64,000 nucleotides of DNA from an uncultured Pseudomonadales bacterium (GCA_964603945.1 CAZRWP010000001.1:184547-248546); one strand, 5' to 3'; shown: positions 41,776-51,547, counted from the stretch's first letter. Program-made: numbers and translations. The notes: generated by a model not told the origin, from the sequence alone.

Positions 41776-43413
41776 TTACATCATGCCCATGCCGCCCATG
41801 TCAGGCATGCCGCCGCCGGCTCCGCCGGCTGGCTTGTCTTCCTTGACATCGGTAATCAGCACTCGGGTGGTTAAAATCCCACCGGCCACAGAGGCCGCAT
41901 TAATTAAGGCGTGTTTAGCCACCTTCTTAGGATCGATCACTCCCATGGCAATCATGTCGCCAAACTCCAGAGTCAATGAGTTAAAACCATAGTTGGTCTT
42001 TTTAGACTCGGCAATCTTGCCGGCTACCCAACCGCCATCTTCACCAGAGTTGTCAGCCAAAACGCGAACCGGCATTTCCAGGGCGTCCTTGACTAAACGG
42101 ATGCCGGCTTTTTCGTCCGGGTCATCAGCGGTAACTTTAGCCAAAACCTGGCTGGCGTGCAGATAAGCAATACCGCCACCTGGGATTACACCCTCTTCAA
42201 TAGCCGCTCGCGTGGCTTCCTTGGCGTCCTTGACGCGTTCTTGAAGTTCCTTCAGTTCAACTTCCGTGGCGGCACCGACTTTAATCACGGCCACACCGGA
42301 GCTGAGTTTAGCCTTGCGTTCCTGCAGTTTCTCGATATCGAATTCAGAAGTTGAGCTCTTAATCTGAGCTTCCAGCTGAGCCACACGGCCATCAATATCA
42401 GTTTTACTACCCTTTCCGCCGATTAAACGGGTACTGTCTTTGGTTGAGTGAACACTGTCAGCGCGGCCAAGATCCTCAACTTCGACACTAGCTAATGTGC
42501 GTCCAGCCTCAGAGCTGATAACCGTACCGCCGGTTAAAACGGCGATATCTTCCAACATGGCCTTACGGCGATCGCCAAAACCTGGGGCTTTGACCGCTAA
42601 GACATTAAATACACCTCGAAGCTTGTTAACCACCAGGGTCGCCATGGCTTCGCCATCAATATCATCGGCAATTATGACTAAATTCTTGCTAACCTTCATG
42701 AATTTCTCCAGGAAAGGCAGTAGCTCTTGCATATTAGTGATTTTTTGATCGGTAATCAGAAGGTAAGCATCCTCAATGACAGCTTCCATGTGCTCCGTAT
42801 CGGTAACAAAGTAAGGTGAGGCGTAACCCTTGTCAAACTCCATCCCTTCGGTGTGCTCAATGGTGATGTCCATGGTGCGGCCTTCTTCGACCTCAACAAT
42901 ACCATCAGAACCAACCAGTTTGATAGCTTCAGCAATTTTCTGACCAATCCGTTCATCCTGAGCGGAAATCGTGGCCACTTTAACCCAATCCTCTTCCTTA
43001 ACCGGAGTGGCCATCTTGTCGAGCTCAGTCAATACAGCCTGAACAGCTTTGTCGACACCCTTGCGCAACATGATGGGATTAGCCCCAGCGGTAATATTTC
43101 GCATTCCCTTAACTACCAACTGCTGTGCGAGCAGAGTGGCCGTCGTGGTGCCGTCACCGGCAATATCATTAGTCTTGGAAGCGGCTTCCTTAACCAGCTG
43201 AGCACCCATGTTTTCTAATGAATCTTCTAAAGTAACTTCTTTGGCGACCGAGACACCGTCATGCAAAACCACGGGCGGTCCAAAAGATTTGTCGACCGCG
43301 ACATTACTGGCGCGCGGACCATAGGTTGCGACTACCGCCGCGGCAAGTTTGTTTACACCCTCTTGTAGTTTTTCTCGGGCAATGTGATCGAATACGATTT
43401 GTTTAGCTGGCAT
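41776..43413 (-). CDS. groL: chaperonin GroEL
   Basis: 545 aa, Gly/Met-rich GGM-type C-terminus, typical GroEL sequence. Confidence 0.97.
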   Translation of the reverse strand: MPAKQIVFDHIAREKLQEGVNKLAAAVVATYGPRASNVAVDKSFGPPVVLHDGVSVAKEVTLEDSLENMGAQLVKEAASKTNDIAGDGTTTATLLAQQLVVKGMRNITAGANPIMLRKGVDKAVQAVLTELDKMATPVKEEDWVKVATISAQDERIGQKIAEAIKLVGSDGIVEVEEGRTMDITIEHTEGMEFDKGYASPYFVTDTEHMEAVIEDAYLLITDQKITNMQELLPFLEKFMKVSKNLVIIADDIDGEAMATLVVNKLRGVFNVLAVKAPGFGDRRKAMLEDIAVLTGGTVISSEAGRTLASVEVEDLGRADSVHSTKDSTRLIGGKGSKTDIDGRVAQLEAQIKSSTSEFDIEKLQERKAKLSSGVAVIKVGAATEVELKELQERVKDAKEATRAAIEEGVIPGGGIAYLHASQVLAKVTADDPDEKAGIRLVKDALEMPVRVLADNSGEDGGWVAGKIAESKKTNYGFNSLTLEFGDMIAMGVIDPKKVAKHALINAASVAGGILTTRVLITDVKEDKPAGGAGGGMPDMGGMGMM

Positions 43414-43489
43414 ATTTCTCCTCTATTATTGGTTACTTTTATTTTTTGTTTCTTTTATTTTCATTTTATTTTCAGAAATTAATAAATTT

Positions 43490-43795
43490 TTACTTAAGTG
43501 TCGCCATCAGATCCTCATATTTGAGAATTTTGATTTCTTTATCGCCCACTTTGATTTCGTTACCGCCCCATTTGCTGTGGAGGACTTTGTCACCGACTTT
43601 GACCGGACATTTAACCTCAACGCCTTTTTCATTAACGTAACTGGCTGAAATTGCCACAACCGTACCCATTTGCGGTTTTTCTTCGTTAGTTTGGGGGAGG
43701 AAGATACCGGACTCGGTTTGGTGCTGAACTTCAACTGGCTCAACTACCACATAACCAGCTAACGGTTTAATATCGCTTACCTTAAGCGTTGCCAT
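43490..43795 (-). CDS. groS: co-chaperonin GroES
   Basis: 101 aa, …KPLAGYVVVEPVE…; precedes groEL. Confidence 0.95.
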   Translation of the reverse strand: MATLKVSDIKPLAGYVVVEPVEVQHQTESGIFLPQTNEEKPQMGTVVAISASYVNEKGVEVKCPVKVGDKVLHSKWGGNEIKVGDKEIKILKYEDLMATLK

Positions 43796-43837
43796 ATCTG
43801 ACTCCTTCTTTGTGAATTTTTTAACACTCAGTTAGGT

Positions 43838-43864
43838 TTAGCGCTAATATAGCGAGACTGCTAA
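43838..43864. promoter_or_regulatory. degenerate CIRCE-like inverted repeat (TTAGCGCTA-N9-GACTGCTAA) upstream of groES; contains perfect palindrome TTAGCGCTAA
   Basis: 27-nt element 45-70 nt upstream of groES start; compare CIRCE TTAGCACTC-N9-GAGTGCTAA. Confidence 0.4.
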
Positions 43865-43991
43865 TTTTTTGCAAGGGCTGATTGCGTCCCAGAGTAAAAG
43901 TTATGGGATGGATGACTGGTTTCGGAATCTGGCAAGCTAATAAATAGTCATGACTTGGCCAGTAAAAATGGTTATTTTAAATCAATTAATT

Positions 43992-44333
43992 TTATCGGAA
44001 ATTACGAACTCTATTCAAAAACAACTCGTTATTTAAATCGATACCGGCTAGAAAAGCTATTAGCTCACCATAAAAAGAATCCATTAACTTGAGATAATCC
44101 TTGTCCTCAGAGCTATAATTGACAACTTGATCTTTAACTAACTCCGCCAACACTCTAAGATTTGCAATCATTTGTAATGCCTCTTCTTCTTTTAAGGACT
44201 TCATTTCGTTTGAAATTAAATAGAAACTACTTATATTTAAATCTTTCCACTCTCTTTGTCTACCTGTGACAATTCTATACGCATCATTAATATCAGTATT
44301 CTCACTAATAGTAGCTTCCACTTTTCTAGTCAT
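43992..44333 (-). CDS. hypothetical protein (113 aa)
   Basis: ORF only; no recognizable motifs. Confidence 0.35.
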   Translation of the reverse strand: MTRKVEATISENTDINDAYRIVTGRQREWKDLNISSFYLISNEMKSLKEEEALQMIANLRVLAELVKDQVVNYSSEDKDYLKLMDSFYGELIAFLAGIDLNNELFLNRVRNFR

Positions 44334-44432
44334 TTTGTCTCCTTTGATCTGAATTGTAGCAGTTATATTATTTGATAAAGGCTTACAAAATCTTACCCAA
44401 ATTTAATAAACATTATTTAAGCTTGAATTTTT

Positions 44433-44828
44433 ATGAAGGAAGACGAGCCAATTTCAGTGAAAAATATAGCTGAGACCGAAACGCCTCAACCATTAAGCGC
44501 GGAACAAGTCTCCTTACTGGAATCAGTCCGCCATTTAATATCTGAGAGATATCGAAGGCTTTCTCCGGAAAGGCAATATGTCTTTAGCGCGATCGCTTTG
44601 TGGATGTACCTCAGCATCTGGCTTCAACCCGAGAATTTGCCCGATGATGTTCAACCAATGATCTCCACGCTTAACCAAATGCCTACGGCTAAATTATCTT
44701 GGTTGATGGGAAGTTTGATCTCTTTTGCCGGCACAGCTGACGGCGCCAGACGAATCGTCATAGATCAACTGCCTTTTTATAAGGCATACATCAACGCGTT
44801 TGTGTTCAGAAGAAGATTTCTGGAATGA
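44433..44828 (+). CDS. hypothetical protein (131 aa)
   Basis: ORF divergent from 43992-44333; no recognizable motifs. Confidence 0.35.
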   Translation: MKEDEPISVKNIAETETPQPLSAEQVSLLESVRHLISERYRRLSPERQYVFSAIALWMYLSIWLQPENLPDDVQPMISTLNQMPTAKLSWLMGSLISFAGTADGARRIVIDQLPFYKAYINAFVFRRRFLE

Positions 44829-45030
44829 AACAACCTCATTATAGGCATTTCATATTTTGAATTTATTTTTATGAGTTGCCAATTCACGGGCGGGATTCGC
44901 ACTGCTGAGGCGTGAACGCCTCGCAGTATTAACCAGGTGCGCCTACGGCGTGCACCAGGTAGCAAACCAGACAGGCTCTTATCATTACCCGATTCATATT
45001 GTTAAATCTGCGATGCAGATTTAATAATAT

Positions 45031-45106
45031 GAGCCACGGGCGGGATTCGAACCCGCGAATCCGAGGTTTTGCAGACCTGGCCGTTAGACCGCTTCGGTAC
45101 CGTGGC
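45031..45106 (-). tRNA. tRNA-Cys (anticodon GCA), CCA not encoded; irregular anticodon stem (bulge/mismatch)
   Basis: Minus-strand read GCCACGG..CCGTGGC acceptor (7 bp), T-arm GCGGG-TTCGAAT-CCCGC, anticodon loop CUGCAAA, 3-bp D-stem and U73 discriminator typical of tRNA-Cys. Confidence 0.7.
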
Positions 45107-45322
45107 AAAAAAGCTTGTTTGCGTGGCTGGATTATAACGGAGTTTTACCTTAAAAAGAAATTAGAAAGCGGTGTTAAACTGAAAGGAAACTTTTTGACGG
45201 GTGACATTTTCCAGAAACTCGGTACAGTCATGACTATTAGCATTTTTCTTCTCGCCATCGTCACCTTGCTTTTCCTGATTTACTTCAAACTAGATAATAA
45301 AAAGTAGTGATTAAATTTACGG

Positions 45323-46549
45323 CTATTTCTGCTTTAAAATATTGCTCTCAATACTGGCGAATAAGCTAGCGCGCTGGGAGTGGTGCGTTTGAGCAATTTC
45401 TACCAGTCGATCAATTAGATTTTCATAGGGTAAACCGCTAGCTTCCCAAAGATAATAAGCCATTGAGCCAGGCGGAGAATTCACCTCTCCGACCCAAAAT
45501 TCTTCCGTACTGGGATTGGCGAAGAAATCAATTCGGGCAACGCCAAAACCATCTATGAGCTTCCAGATAAAGCAGGCGGCGTCCTGCAGGGCAGACTGCA
45601 AATCAGGCGAAATTGGAGCCGGAATGCGACGCAACAAACCCGCCATGCCTTGACTGCCTTTGCCTCCGGATTCATCTGCATTGTCTAAATCACCCGATTT
45701 ACTCTTGCCAATGCCGCGTTCATATTTGTCGGCGTAACTTAGAAATTCGTCCAATTGGATTGGCTGTTCGCTGATCGAGGCCTCACAATCATCAGCTGTG
45801 CCCAGCACCGCAATATTAACCTCAATGGCATCTGGAGGAGCCGCCTCTTCAACCACGATCCGGGTATCAAATTGCGCGGCCGAAGCTACGGCGCCGGCCA
45901 GTTTGTCAGGCGTAGTAATCCTGGTAATGCCGACACTGGAACCCAAACTAGCTGGTTTTACAAATAATGGATACTCTAAGTGGCTGATGTGGTGCTCGAC
46001 TTCTGCCTGGCCTTTCTCCCAATCAGCAGTAGTAAACCAACCGTAGTTAGTAACATTCAGTCCGGCCGCTTCCATAACTTGCTTGGTGATTATCTTATCG
46101 ATGCCGACGGCCGCGGCGACCACCCCTGGCCCCACGTAGGGAATGTTTAGCAGTTCAAATAAGCCAGCCAGCGTACCGTCCTCGCCGCGGCCGCCATGCA
46201 CACAAAAAATCGCAGTGTCAATTAAAGAGTGAAGCTGTAGAGCGTCAGATTGACCAGGCGAGACTTGTTTAGACAGGGCTTGTTCGGACAGGGCTTGAGC
46301 AGGATAAGGTGTGGCCGTGACCAACTGACGATCTTCACCAGCCGGATCTTGCAGATCTAAATTCTGAAAAGTTTTAATATTTGTTAAGGACTCACCAGTC
46401 CACCAGCGCCCTTGCTTATCGATATATAGTGGTACAACTTGATATTGATTGCTGACGCGATTCATTAGCTGAGTTGCCGTAATAATTGACACCTCATGCT
46501 CGACTGATTGAGAGCCAAAAACGACTCCGATTTTAGTAGGTTTAGCCAT
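45323..46549 (-). CDS. ddl: D-alanine--D-alanine ligase (ATG at 46549; ORF-track start 46582 is TTG)
   Basis: N-terminus MAKPTKIGVVFGSQSVEHEVSI…, ATP-grasp motifs; longer than typical due to internal insertions. Confidence 0.8.
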   Translation of the reverse strand: MAKPTKIGVVFGSQSVEHEVSIITATQLMNRVSNQYQVVPLYIDKQGRWWTGESLTNIKTFQNLDLQDPAGEDRQLVTATPYPAQALSEQALSKQVSPGQSDALQLHSLIDTAIFCVHGGRGEDGTLAGLFELLNIPYVGPGVVAAAVGIDKIITKQVMEAAGLNVTNYGWFTTADWEKGQAEVEHHISHLEYPLFVKPASLGSSVGITRITTPDKLAGAVASAAQFDTRIVVEEAAPPDAIEVNIAVLGTADDCEASISEQPIQLDEFLSYADKYERGIGKSKSGDLDNADESGGKGSQGMAGLLRRIPAPISPDLQSALQDAACFIWKLIDGFGVARIDFFANPSTEEFWVGEVNSPPGSMAYYLWEASGLPYENLIDRLVEIAQTHHSQRASLFASIESNILKQK

Positions 46550-46600
46550 GTGGATAAAGTATAGCAGAGGGTGATGCTTCAAAAAGGATCAACAATTGTA

Positions 46601-46700
46601 AGCCTCACTTACACTGAGTGCACCTCAAGGAAGCCTCACCCAGGTGAGGCTTCCTTGAGGAAGAGTGCGTGTAAGTAAGGCTTACAATTGCCAATTCCAA
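46601..46700. repeat. 100-bp nested perfect palindrome (outer ~20-bp stem CAATTGTAAGCCTCACTTACAC / GTGTAAGTAAGGCTTACAATTG; inner 18-bp stem CCTCAAGGAAGCCTCACC-CAG-GTGAGGCTTCCTTGAGG) at left boundary of GC-rich island
   Basis: Read directly; followed by two ~33-bp imperfect direct repeats at 46728-46797. Confidence 0.8.
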
Positions 46701-46814
46701 TCTTCCAGGTAGAAGATCTTTGATTGAGTCAGCTACGAGTGGTTTCTGGAAATCCTGTTTGACCGCGTCAGCCACGAACGGTTCCTGCAACTCCTGAGTG
46801 ACCCCCAAACCCAG

Positions 46815-47207
46815 GTGCACGCGCTGGAAGAATCCCATAACAACTACGGCGAATATCTGTTTGTGACACTCAGCCGTCCGAGCGGCAAGCAGCGTGTGTT
46901 TCTGACTTTTTACGGCCTGGGGTACCACGAGTATCGCGAGCGCTGGGTCTATGAGGACTGGTACTGGTACGAATCAGTGCGGGGCGCGGGTATGGAGCAT
47001 CGGCGCGTGCCGCGCAACGCCGCCAGACAGCAGATTGACGAGCGGTACCGGGAGTGCCAGGCAAGCGCTGACCGCGATACCCAGACCAACCGGGGACGCA
47101 TCTTCGAGCTCCTGGCCGACCTGACAGATGAAGACGGCGCCTACACGGAGATGGAAGACTTGCCTTATTGGTTGCTGGATGACGATGAGGAAGGCGACGT
47201 GAGATAA
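46815..47207 (+). CDS. hypothetical acidic protein (130 aa, GTG start), island-encoded
   Basis: ORF in GC-rich segment; competing antisense ORF 46870-47562 judged artefactual. Confidence 0.35.
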   Translation: MHALEESHNNYGEYLFVTLSRPSGKQRVFLTFYGLGYHEYRERWVYEDWYWYESVRGAGMEHRRVPRNAARQQIDERYRECQASADRDTQTNRGRIFELLADLTDEDGAYTEMEDLPYWLLDDDEEGDVR

Positions 47208-47209
47208 GT

Positions 47210-47629
47210 ATGAGCAAGGAAGACACGCCGCTCCAGATGGATATGTTCTCCGGGAAGCTGGTGGACAACCGGACGCGCCAGCAAAAGCGGCAAGACAAGA
47301 CGCGGGAGCAGCCCAAGCAAATCGAGATGTTTTCCCAGCGGGAGATTGCCCAGTTTGGGGTCAATCCAAATCCACTCATGCCGCTCTCACCCAACACCAA
47401 GCTGCTGCTGATTCCCGAAGACCCGCGCACCGAGGAGGAAATCGAGCAGGACAGGCAGCAAGAGGCCGAAAAACGGACGGCGCGGATGTTTGCTGAGCCG
47501 CCGCCCGCACAGGAGACCAAGTCACCGGAGACTATTAATGCCAAACTCGTGCCGGACACCACCGCGCTCGCCCTTGTGCCCAGGGGCGTTGTCGCGGTCG
47601 TCGTTTACGGCTTTTTCTCGCAGATTTAG
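47210..47629 (+). CDS. hypothetical disordered protein (139 aa), island-encoded
   Basis: ATG 3 nt after previous stop; Q/E/R/K-rich. Confidence 0.35.
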   Translation: MSKEDTPLQMDMFSGKLVDNRTRQQKRQDKTREQPKQIEMFSQREIAQFGVNPNPLMPLSPNTKLLLIPEDPRTEEEIEQDRQQEAEKRTARMFAEPPPAQETKSPETINAKLVPDTTALALVPRGVVAVVVYGFFSQI

Positions 47630-47720
47630 CCGTTATAATGGCCTTAGCGTGCTTGCTCCACTACCGGTCATCAGCGTTTCTCATCGAAACCGAAGGTACA
47701 GACTCCCACAAAGCTGGACA

Positions 47721-50700
47721 ATGAACCGGCGGGGCAAGTACGCCAGATTGCCGCTTCTCATTGGCGCGTTACTCCTTCTGACGCTCATTCCGTTTGCTCT
47801 CTTTCGCGGCTCCCAAGCTCCGGAAGCGGAAGCGGCGTGGTGGGACAACTCCTGGCGCTATCGCAAACCCATCCAGGTCACCAACAACACGACTCAGCAA
47901 ACCAACGTCTACATCACCCTCACTCTAGACACCTCAGATACCACCAAGTTCCAGGACGATTGCGGTGACCTGCGCTTCACCAAGCAAAATGGGCAAGTGT
48001 TGCCGTACTACATCGCTAGTGGCTGCGGTACAGCGTCCACTAGCGTACATGTTCAGCTTGATACGTTCCCGGCTGGAGCGCAGACGCTTTATGCCTACTA
48101 CGGGAATCCGTCAGCGCCAAATGGATTTGCTAATAACGACTTCCTGATGGAAGCCACCAACTACACCGTAGGTGGAACCGGAAGTGAGGAAATCGCTCCT
48201 GGTCCAGTTGCTTACTGGAAGTTTGATGAGGGAAGCGGGAGTACCGCGCATGATTCGGCGGGGAGTAATAACGGTAACATCAACGGCGCAACGTGGGTGA
48301 GTGAAGATCAATGTATAGATGGCAAGTGCTTAAATTTTGATGGATTGGACGACTCTGTATCGGCAACCAATCCTTCAAACTTTTGCACACTTCCTTCAAT
48401 AAGCTACGTTGCTTGGGTAAACAGCGACCTTGCTACCCAAAACAACTCTTCTGGAATCATCGTGAATCGACAGTTCAAGCTGACAGCGGGATCGGATTAT
48501 TCCTCTCGTATCTACCTTGAAGACGGTAGCGATGCCACTGTCTTAAAGCAAGTCTCAACGGGGATTCCACTCAATCAAAATGAATGGGATTTTGTGGCAA
48601 CCACTTTTGATCTCGCCGAGGGAAAAATCCACATCTATCTCAACGGCAACTTGATGGCATCAGAATCATTTGATTCCGCCGGACTGACTCTCAATGATGA
48701 TTACTGCACAGCATTGGTCTTGGGAAATGATTACGATAGTAGTAATCGTAAATTTGACGGATACCTTGACGAAGTCAAAATCTTCCCCTACGCCCTGACC
48801 GAAGATGAAATCAAAGCCGAGTACAACCTTGGGGCAGCCGCGGTGATCGGTACCGGGCCAGCGGCTCCGCCGCCATTGGGTGGCAACCTCGATGACTCGC
48901 TGGTGGCTCACTGGGCATTTGACGAACAATCAGGCCAGACCGCGCACGACAAGGTAGGCACCAATCACGGCACCTTGGGCGCGGACACCAATCCGGGGAG
49001 CGATGACCCGACCTGGAAGTCTGTGAGTGAGTGTAAGGTGAATGGGTGTTTGGGGTTTGATGGTACGAACAACTTTATCACCAACTCAAGTCCCGAGAAC
49101 TTGCCAACTGGATCTCAAGCCACTTGGACGTGGTGGTCAAAATCAAGTGCAACGGGATGGAGTGCAAACGCGCTTCTTGGAGACAATAGGTCTCTATGGT
49201 CGATTAGGCAATCGAGTAATTATCTTTATCTAGGGCTAGGAGGAGAAGAGTCTGGCGCAACAGCATCTTTCTCGACGGATGTTAACTGGAGTCATTATGC
49301 TATCACCTTTAATTCTGGTAGCGCTTCTTTCTTCAAGAATGGTGAGATGATCGGCAATTACAGCTTCGCCAACACAACAGTACCAGCGCTTAGCACTCTA
49401 TATGTTGGGAGACGATCGACTGTTGCAGCCCCTTATTTCTTTAACGGCCTCATCGACGAAGTCAAAATCTACAACACCGCCCTCACCCCTGAGCAAGTCC
49501 TCCAGGACATGAACGCCGGCGCCAGTCTCACGGTGGGCGTGGGCGCCGACGAGGCCGACGAGATCATCGACGGCGCGGGCGCTCCGCCGATTGCCGAGTG
49601 GAAGTTTGACGAGAACCAGGGCACGACCGCCTACGACACCAGCGGCAACGGTAACGACGGCACGGTTAATGGAGCGACCTGGAAATCGGGTTGTCAGCAG
49701 GGAGCGTGCTTGGAGTTTGATGGGAATAACCGTATATCTATATCAAATGATCCAATTCTATCCCCTAATCAAGTTACAGTAGGCGTATGGGCAAGACTAT
49801 CTCCTTCATTCAATAGTTGGGGTTATTTAGTTGCCAAAGAATGGGGTTATTCAGGATATGCACTTTATGTGGCTGCGGATAGAAGACCTGTATTCATAAC
49901 TAACGATGGTTCATCTCCGCAAAATATTAATTACGGAAGTACCAATTTGGAGAAAGGCAAATGGTACTATTTGGTTGGAACCTATGACGGAACCAAATCA
50001 ACGATCTACGTTGATGGAGTTTCTGAAAACGTTCAGAGTTTTGACATGGTTCAAAGCTCTTCGACGCTTTTCTTAGGTAATCATGGGGATAATACACGAG
50101 GTTTCAACGGCCAAATCGACCACATCAAAATCTACGACTACGCCCGCACGCCAGCTCAAATTGCCTACGACTACAATCGCGGTGCGCCCGTTGCTCACTG
50201 GAGGTTTGACGAGTGTGAAGGCACCGTCGCCCACGACTCATCTGGCAACGGCAATCACGGCACGATCAACATCGGCCCGTCTGGGAGCCAGAGTACGGCA
50301 GGAACGTGCCAGACTTCCGGCGCGTGGGCCAATGGGAAAGATGGGAAGTTTAATGGGAGCTTGAATTTTGATGGGACGGATGATGTGGTTAACCTTGGCA
50401 ATCCTTCGCGCATAGCAAACTTGAGCACCAATATTACTGCGGCTGTTTGGATTAAACCGACATCTGGCGGTGGAGTATTGTACCGAGGAGCAGGTTCAAA
50501 TTATAATTATTTATTGCAGATTGAGTCTAGCTCACAAATAAGACTAAGGCTTTGGGAAACATTGGGAGATGCTGGATCTGGCATCAATTATCTGGTGCCT
50601 GGACTTAACCTATTTAATTCATGGAATCACATAGCTTTTACTTATGACGGTAATAGTGTGAAAATTTTCGTTAATGCGGAATTGAAAAGCAACACACCCC

Positions 50701-50879
50701 GTTCCGCACCTATCGCAACTGGTGAAACTACCCAGCTGGGTGAATATCCAGGTGGAGGACCTCGCTATTTAACTGGCCAAATCGACGACGTGCGCATCTA
50801 CAACTACGCCCTGTCACCAGCCCAAATCTTGAAGGTCTATAACCAGGGCCAAGCCGTTAACTTCACCCGCGCGAACTGA
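47721..50879 (+). CDS. large membrane-anchored surface protein: N-terminal signal anchor, DUF2341-like domain, four LamG_3 (concanavalin A-like lectin) domains
   Basis: Start chosen at ATG 47721 (MNRRGKYARLPLLIGALLLLTLIPFALF); AWWDNSWRYRKPIQV…DCGDLRF motif (DUF2341-like); four repeats each beginning W(K/A/R)FDE..G.TA.D.SGNGN.GT.NGATW and ending DEV(K/R)I(F/Y).YAL(T/S)..(E/Q)I. Confidence 0.75.
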   Translation: MNRRGKYARLPLLIGALLLLTLIPFALFRGSQAPEAEAAWWDNSWRYRKPIQVTNNTTQQTNVYITLTLDTSDTTKFQDDCGDLRFTKQNGQVLPYYIASGCGTASTSVHVQLDTFPAGAQTLYAYYGNPSAPNGFANNDFLMEATNYTVGGTGSEEIAPGPVAYWKFDEGSGSTAHDSAGSNNGNINGATWVSEDQCIDGKCLNFDGLDDSVSATNPSNFCTLPSISYVAWVNSDLATQNNSSGIIVNRQFKLTAGSDYSSRIYLEDGSDATVLKQVSTGIPLNQNEWDFVATTFDLAEGKIHIYLNGNLMASESFDSAGLTLNDDYCTALVLGNDYDSSNRKFDGYLDEVKIFPYALTEDEIKAEYNLGAAAVIGTGPAAPPPLGGNLDDSLVAHWAFDEQSGQTAHDKVGTNHGTLGADTNPGSDDPTWKSVSECKVNGCLGFDGTNNFITNSSPENLPTGSQATWTWWSKSSATGWSANALLGDNRSLWSIRQSSNYLYLGLGGEESGATASFSTDVNWSHYAITFNSGSASFFKNGEMIGNYSFANTTVPALSTLYVGRRSTVAAPYFFNGLIDEVKIYNTALTPEQVLQDMNAGASLTVGVGADEADEIIDGAGAPPIAEWKFDENQGTTAYDTSGNGNDGTVNGATWKSGCQQGACLEFDGNNRISISNDPILSPNQVTVGVWARLSPSFNSWGYLVAKEWGYSGYALYVAADRRPVFITNDGSSPQNINYGSTNLEKGKWYYLVGTYDGTKSTIYVDGVSENVQSFDMVQSSSTLFLGNHGDNTRGFNGQIDHIKIYDYARTPAQIAYDYNRGAPVAHWRFDECEGTVAHDSSGNGNHGTINIGPSGSQSTAGTCQTSGAWANGKDGKFNGSLNFDGTDDVVNLGNPSRIANLSTNITAAVWIKPTSGGGVLYRGAGSNYNYLLQIESSSQIRLRLWETLGDAGSGINYLVPGLNLFNSWNHIAFTYDGNSVKIFVNAELKSNTPRSAPIATGETTQLGEYPGGGPRYLTGQIDDVRIYNYALSPAQILKVYNQGQAVNFTRAN

Positions 50880-50898
50880 GTTCCGCTCCTTTCCTCGT

Positions 50899-51282
50899 AT
50901 GAGATCGCTACAAATGGCTCTTGAACCATCGCGCAGACATCTGCTACTGTCATCCTTGCCCGTGCGCAAGGAGTGGAAACAACGTCCGGCGCCCATCACT
51001 TTTGAGCAAGTCACACGTCTTGCTCAGGAATCGCTGTTGCGCCAGGGCTCCCACCCACCGACCCTGATCGTTGATGGTTTCAAAAACCCCATTGTTATCC
51101 AAATGGATAGGCTTGCGCCTACGTATGAGGCAAGACTGCAACAGATGTACTTTACTGGTCAGGCGCTATCCCACGAAGGAACTGCCGGTCGGGTGCGATC
51201 CGTCTACTTCGTCACAGAAGCGTGGCTGAGCCAGGCGCGGGAGGGAAAATTGTCTGGTATGCGACCCTCGCAAGACCCGTAG
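50899..51282 (+). CDS. hypothetical protein (127 aa), island-encoded
   Basis: ORF with ATG; no motifs. Confidence 0.35.
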   Translation: MRSLQMALEPSRRHLLLSSLPVRKEWKQRPAPITFEQVTRLAQESLLRQGSHPPTLIVDGFKNPIVIQMDRLAPTYEARLQQMYFTGQALSHEGTAGRVRSVYFVTEAWLSQAREGKLSGMRPSQDP

Positions 51283-51297
51283 CGCAAAGAGGTCCTG

Positions 51298-51495
51298 ATG
51301 GTCAATGGACTGGATCGGTTAATCGGTAAGTCACGCCGAGTCCATCTGGCGATTTTCGAAATGGTGCGTGACGAGCAAGGCACTTTGCGGGAGATTCGCG
51401 ACTATACCTTTCCGGATGATCCGGAGTTGGTTGCCGACACGCCGCTGCTGGAAGCGTTTTTGACCGGGTTTTGGACAAAAGGCGGGTTGCGGTAA
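51298..51495 (+). CDS. hypothetical small protein (65 aa), island-encoded
   Basis: ORF only. Confidence 0.25.
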   Translation: MVNGLDRLIGKSRRVHLAIFEMVRDEQGTLREIRDYTFPDDPELVADTPLLEAFLTGFWTKGGLR

Positions 51496-51547
51496 TCGAG
51501 GGAAAACAGTAAGGATCGTGGTGATTTTGCGATTTTCATAGCCGTAG

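Noticed and set aside
44999-45307. 102-aa ORF on plus strand
   Set aside because: Its 5' half is the reverse complement of the tRNA-Cys gene; spurious.
46728-46797. Two ~33-bp direct repeats as a separate coding repeat of minus-strand ORF 46605-46928
   Set aside because: The minus-strand ORF overlaps the 100-bp palindrome and has no start context. The repeats are better viewed as non-coding DNA repeats upstream of the GTG-start plus-strand ORF, and are reported under the island-boundary palindrome feature instead.
46870-47562. 230-aa Arg/Ser/Gly-rich minus-strand ORF in the GC-rich island
   Set aside because: High-GC DNA produces long stop-free antisense frames; its composition is typical of such artefacts and it overlaps two plus-strand ORFs in the plus-strand run that includes the LamG gene. 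The plus-strand calls are themselves low-confidence.
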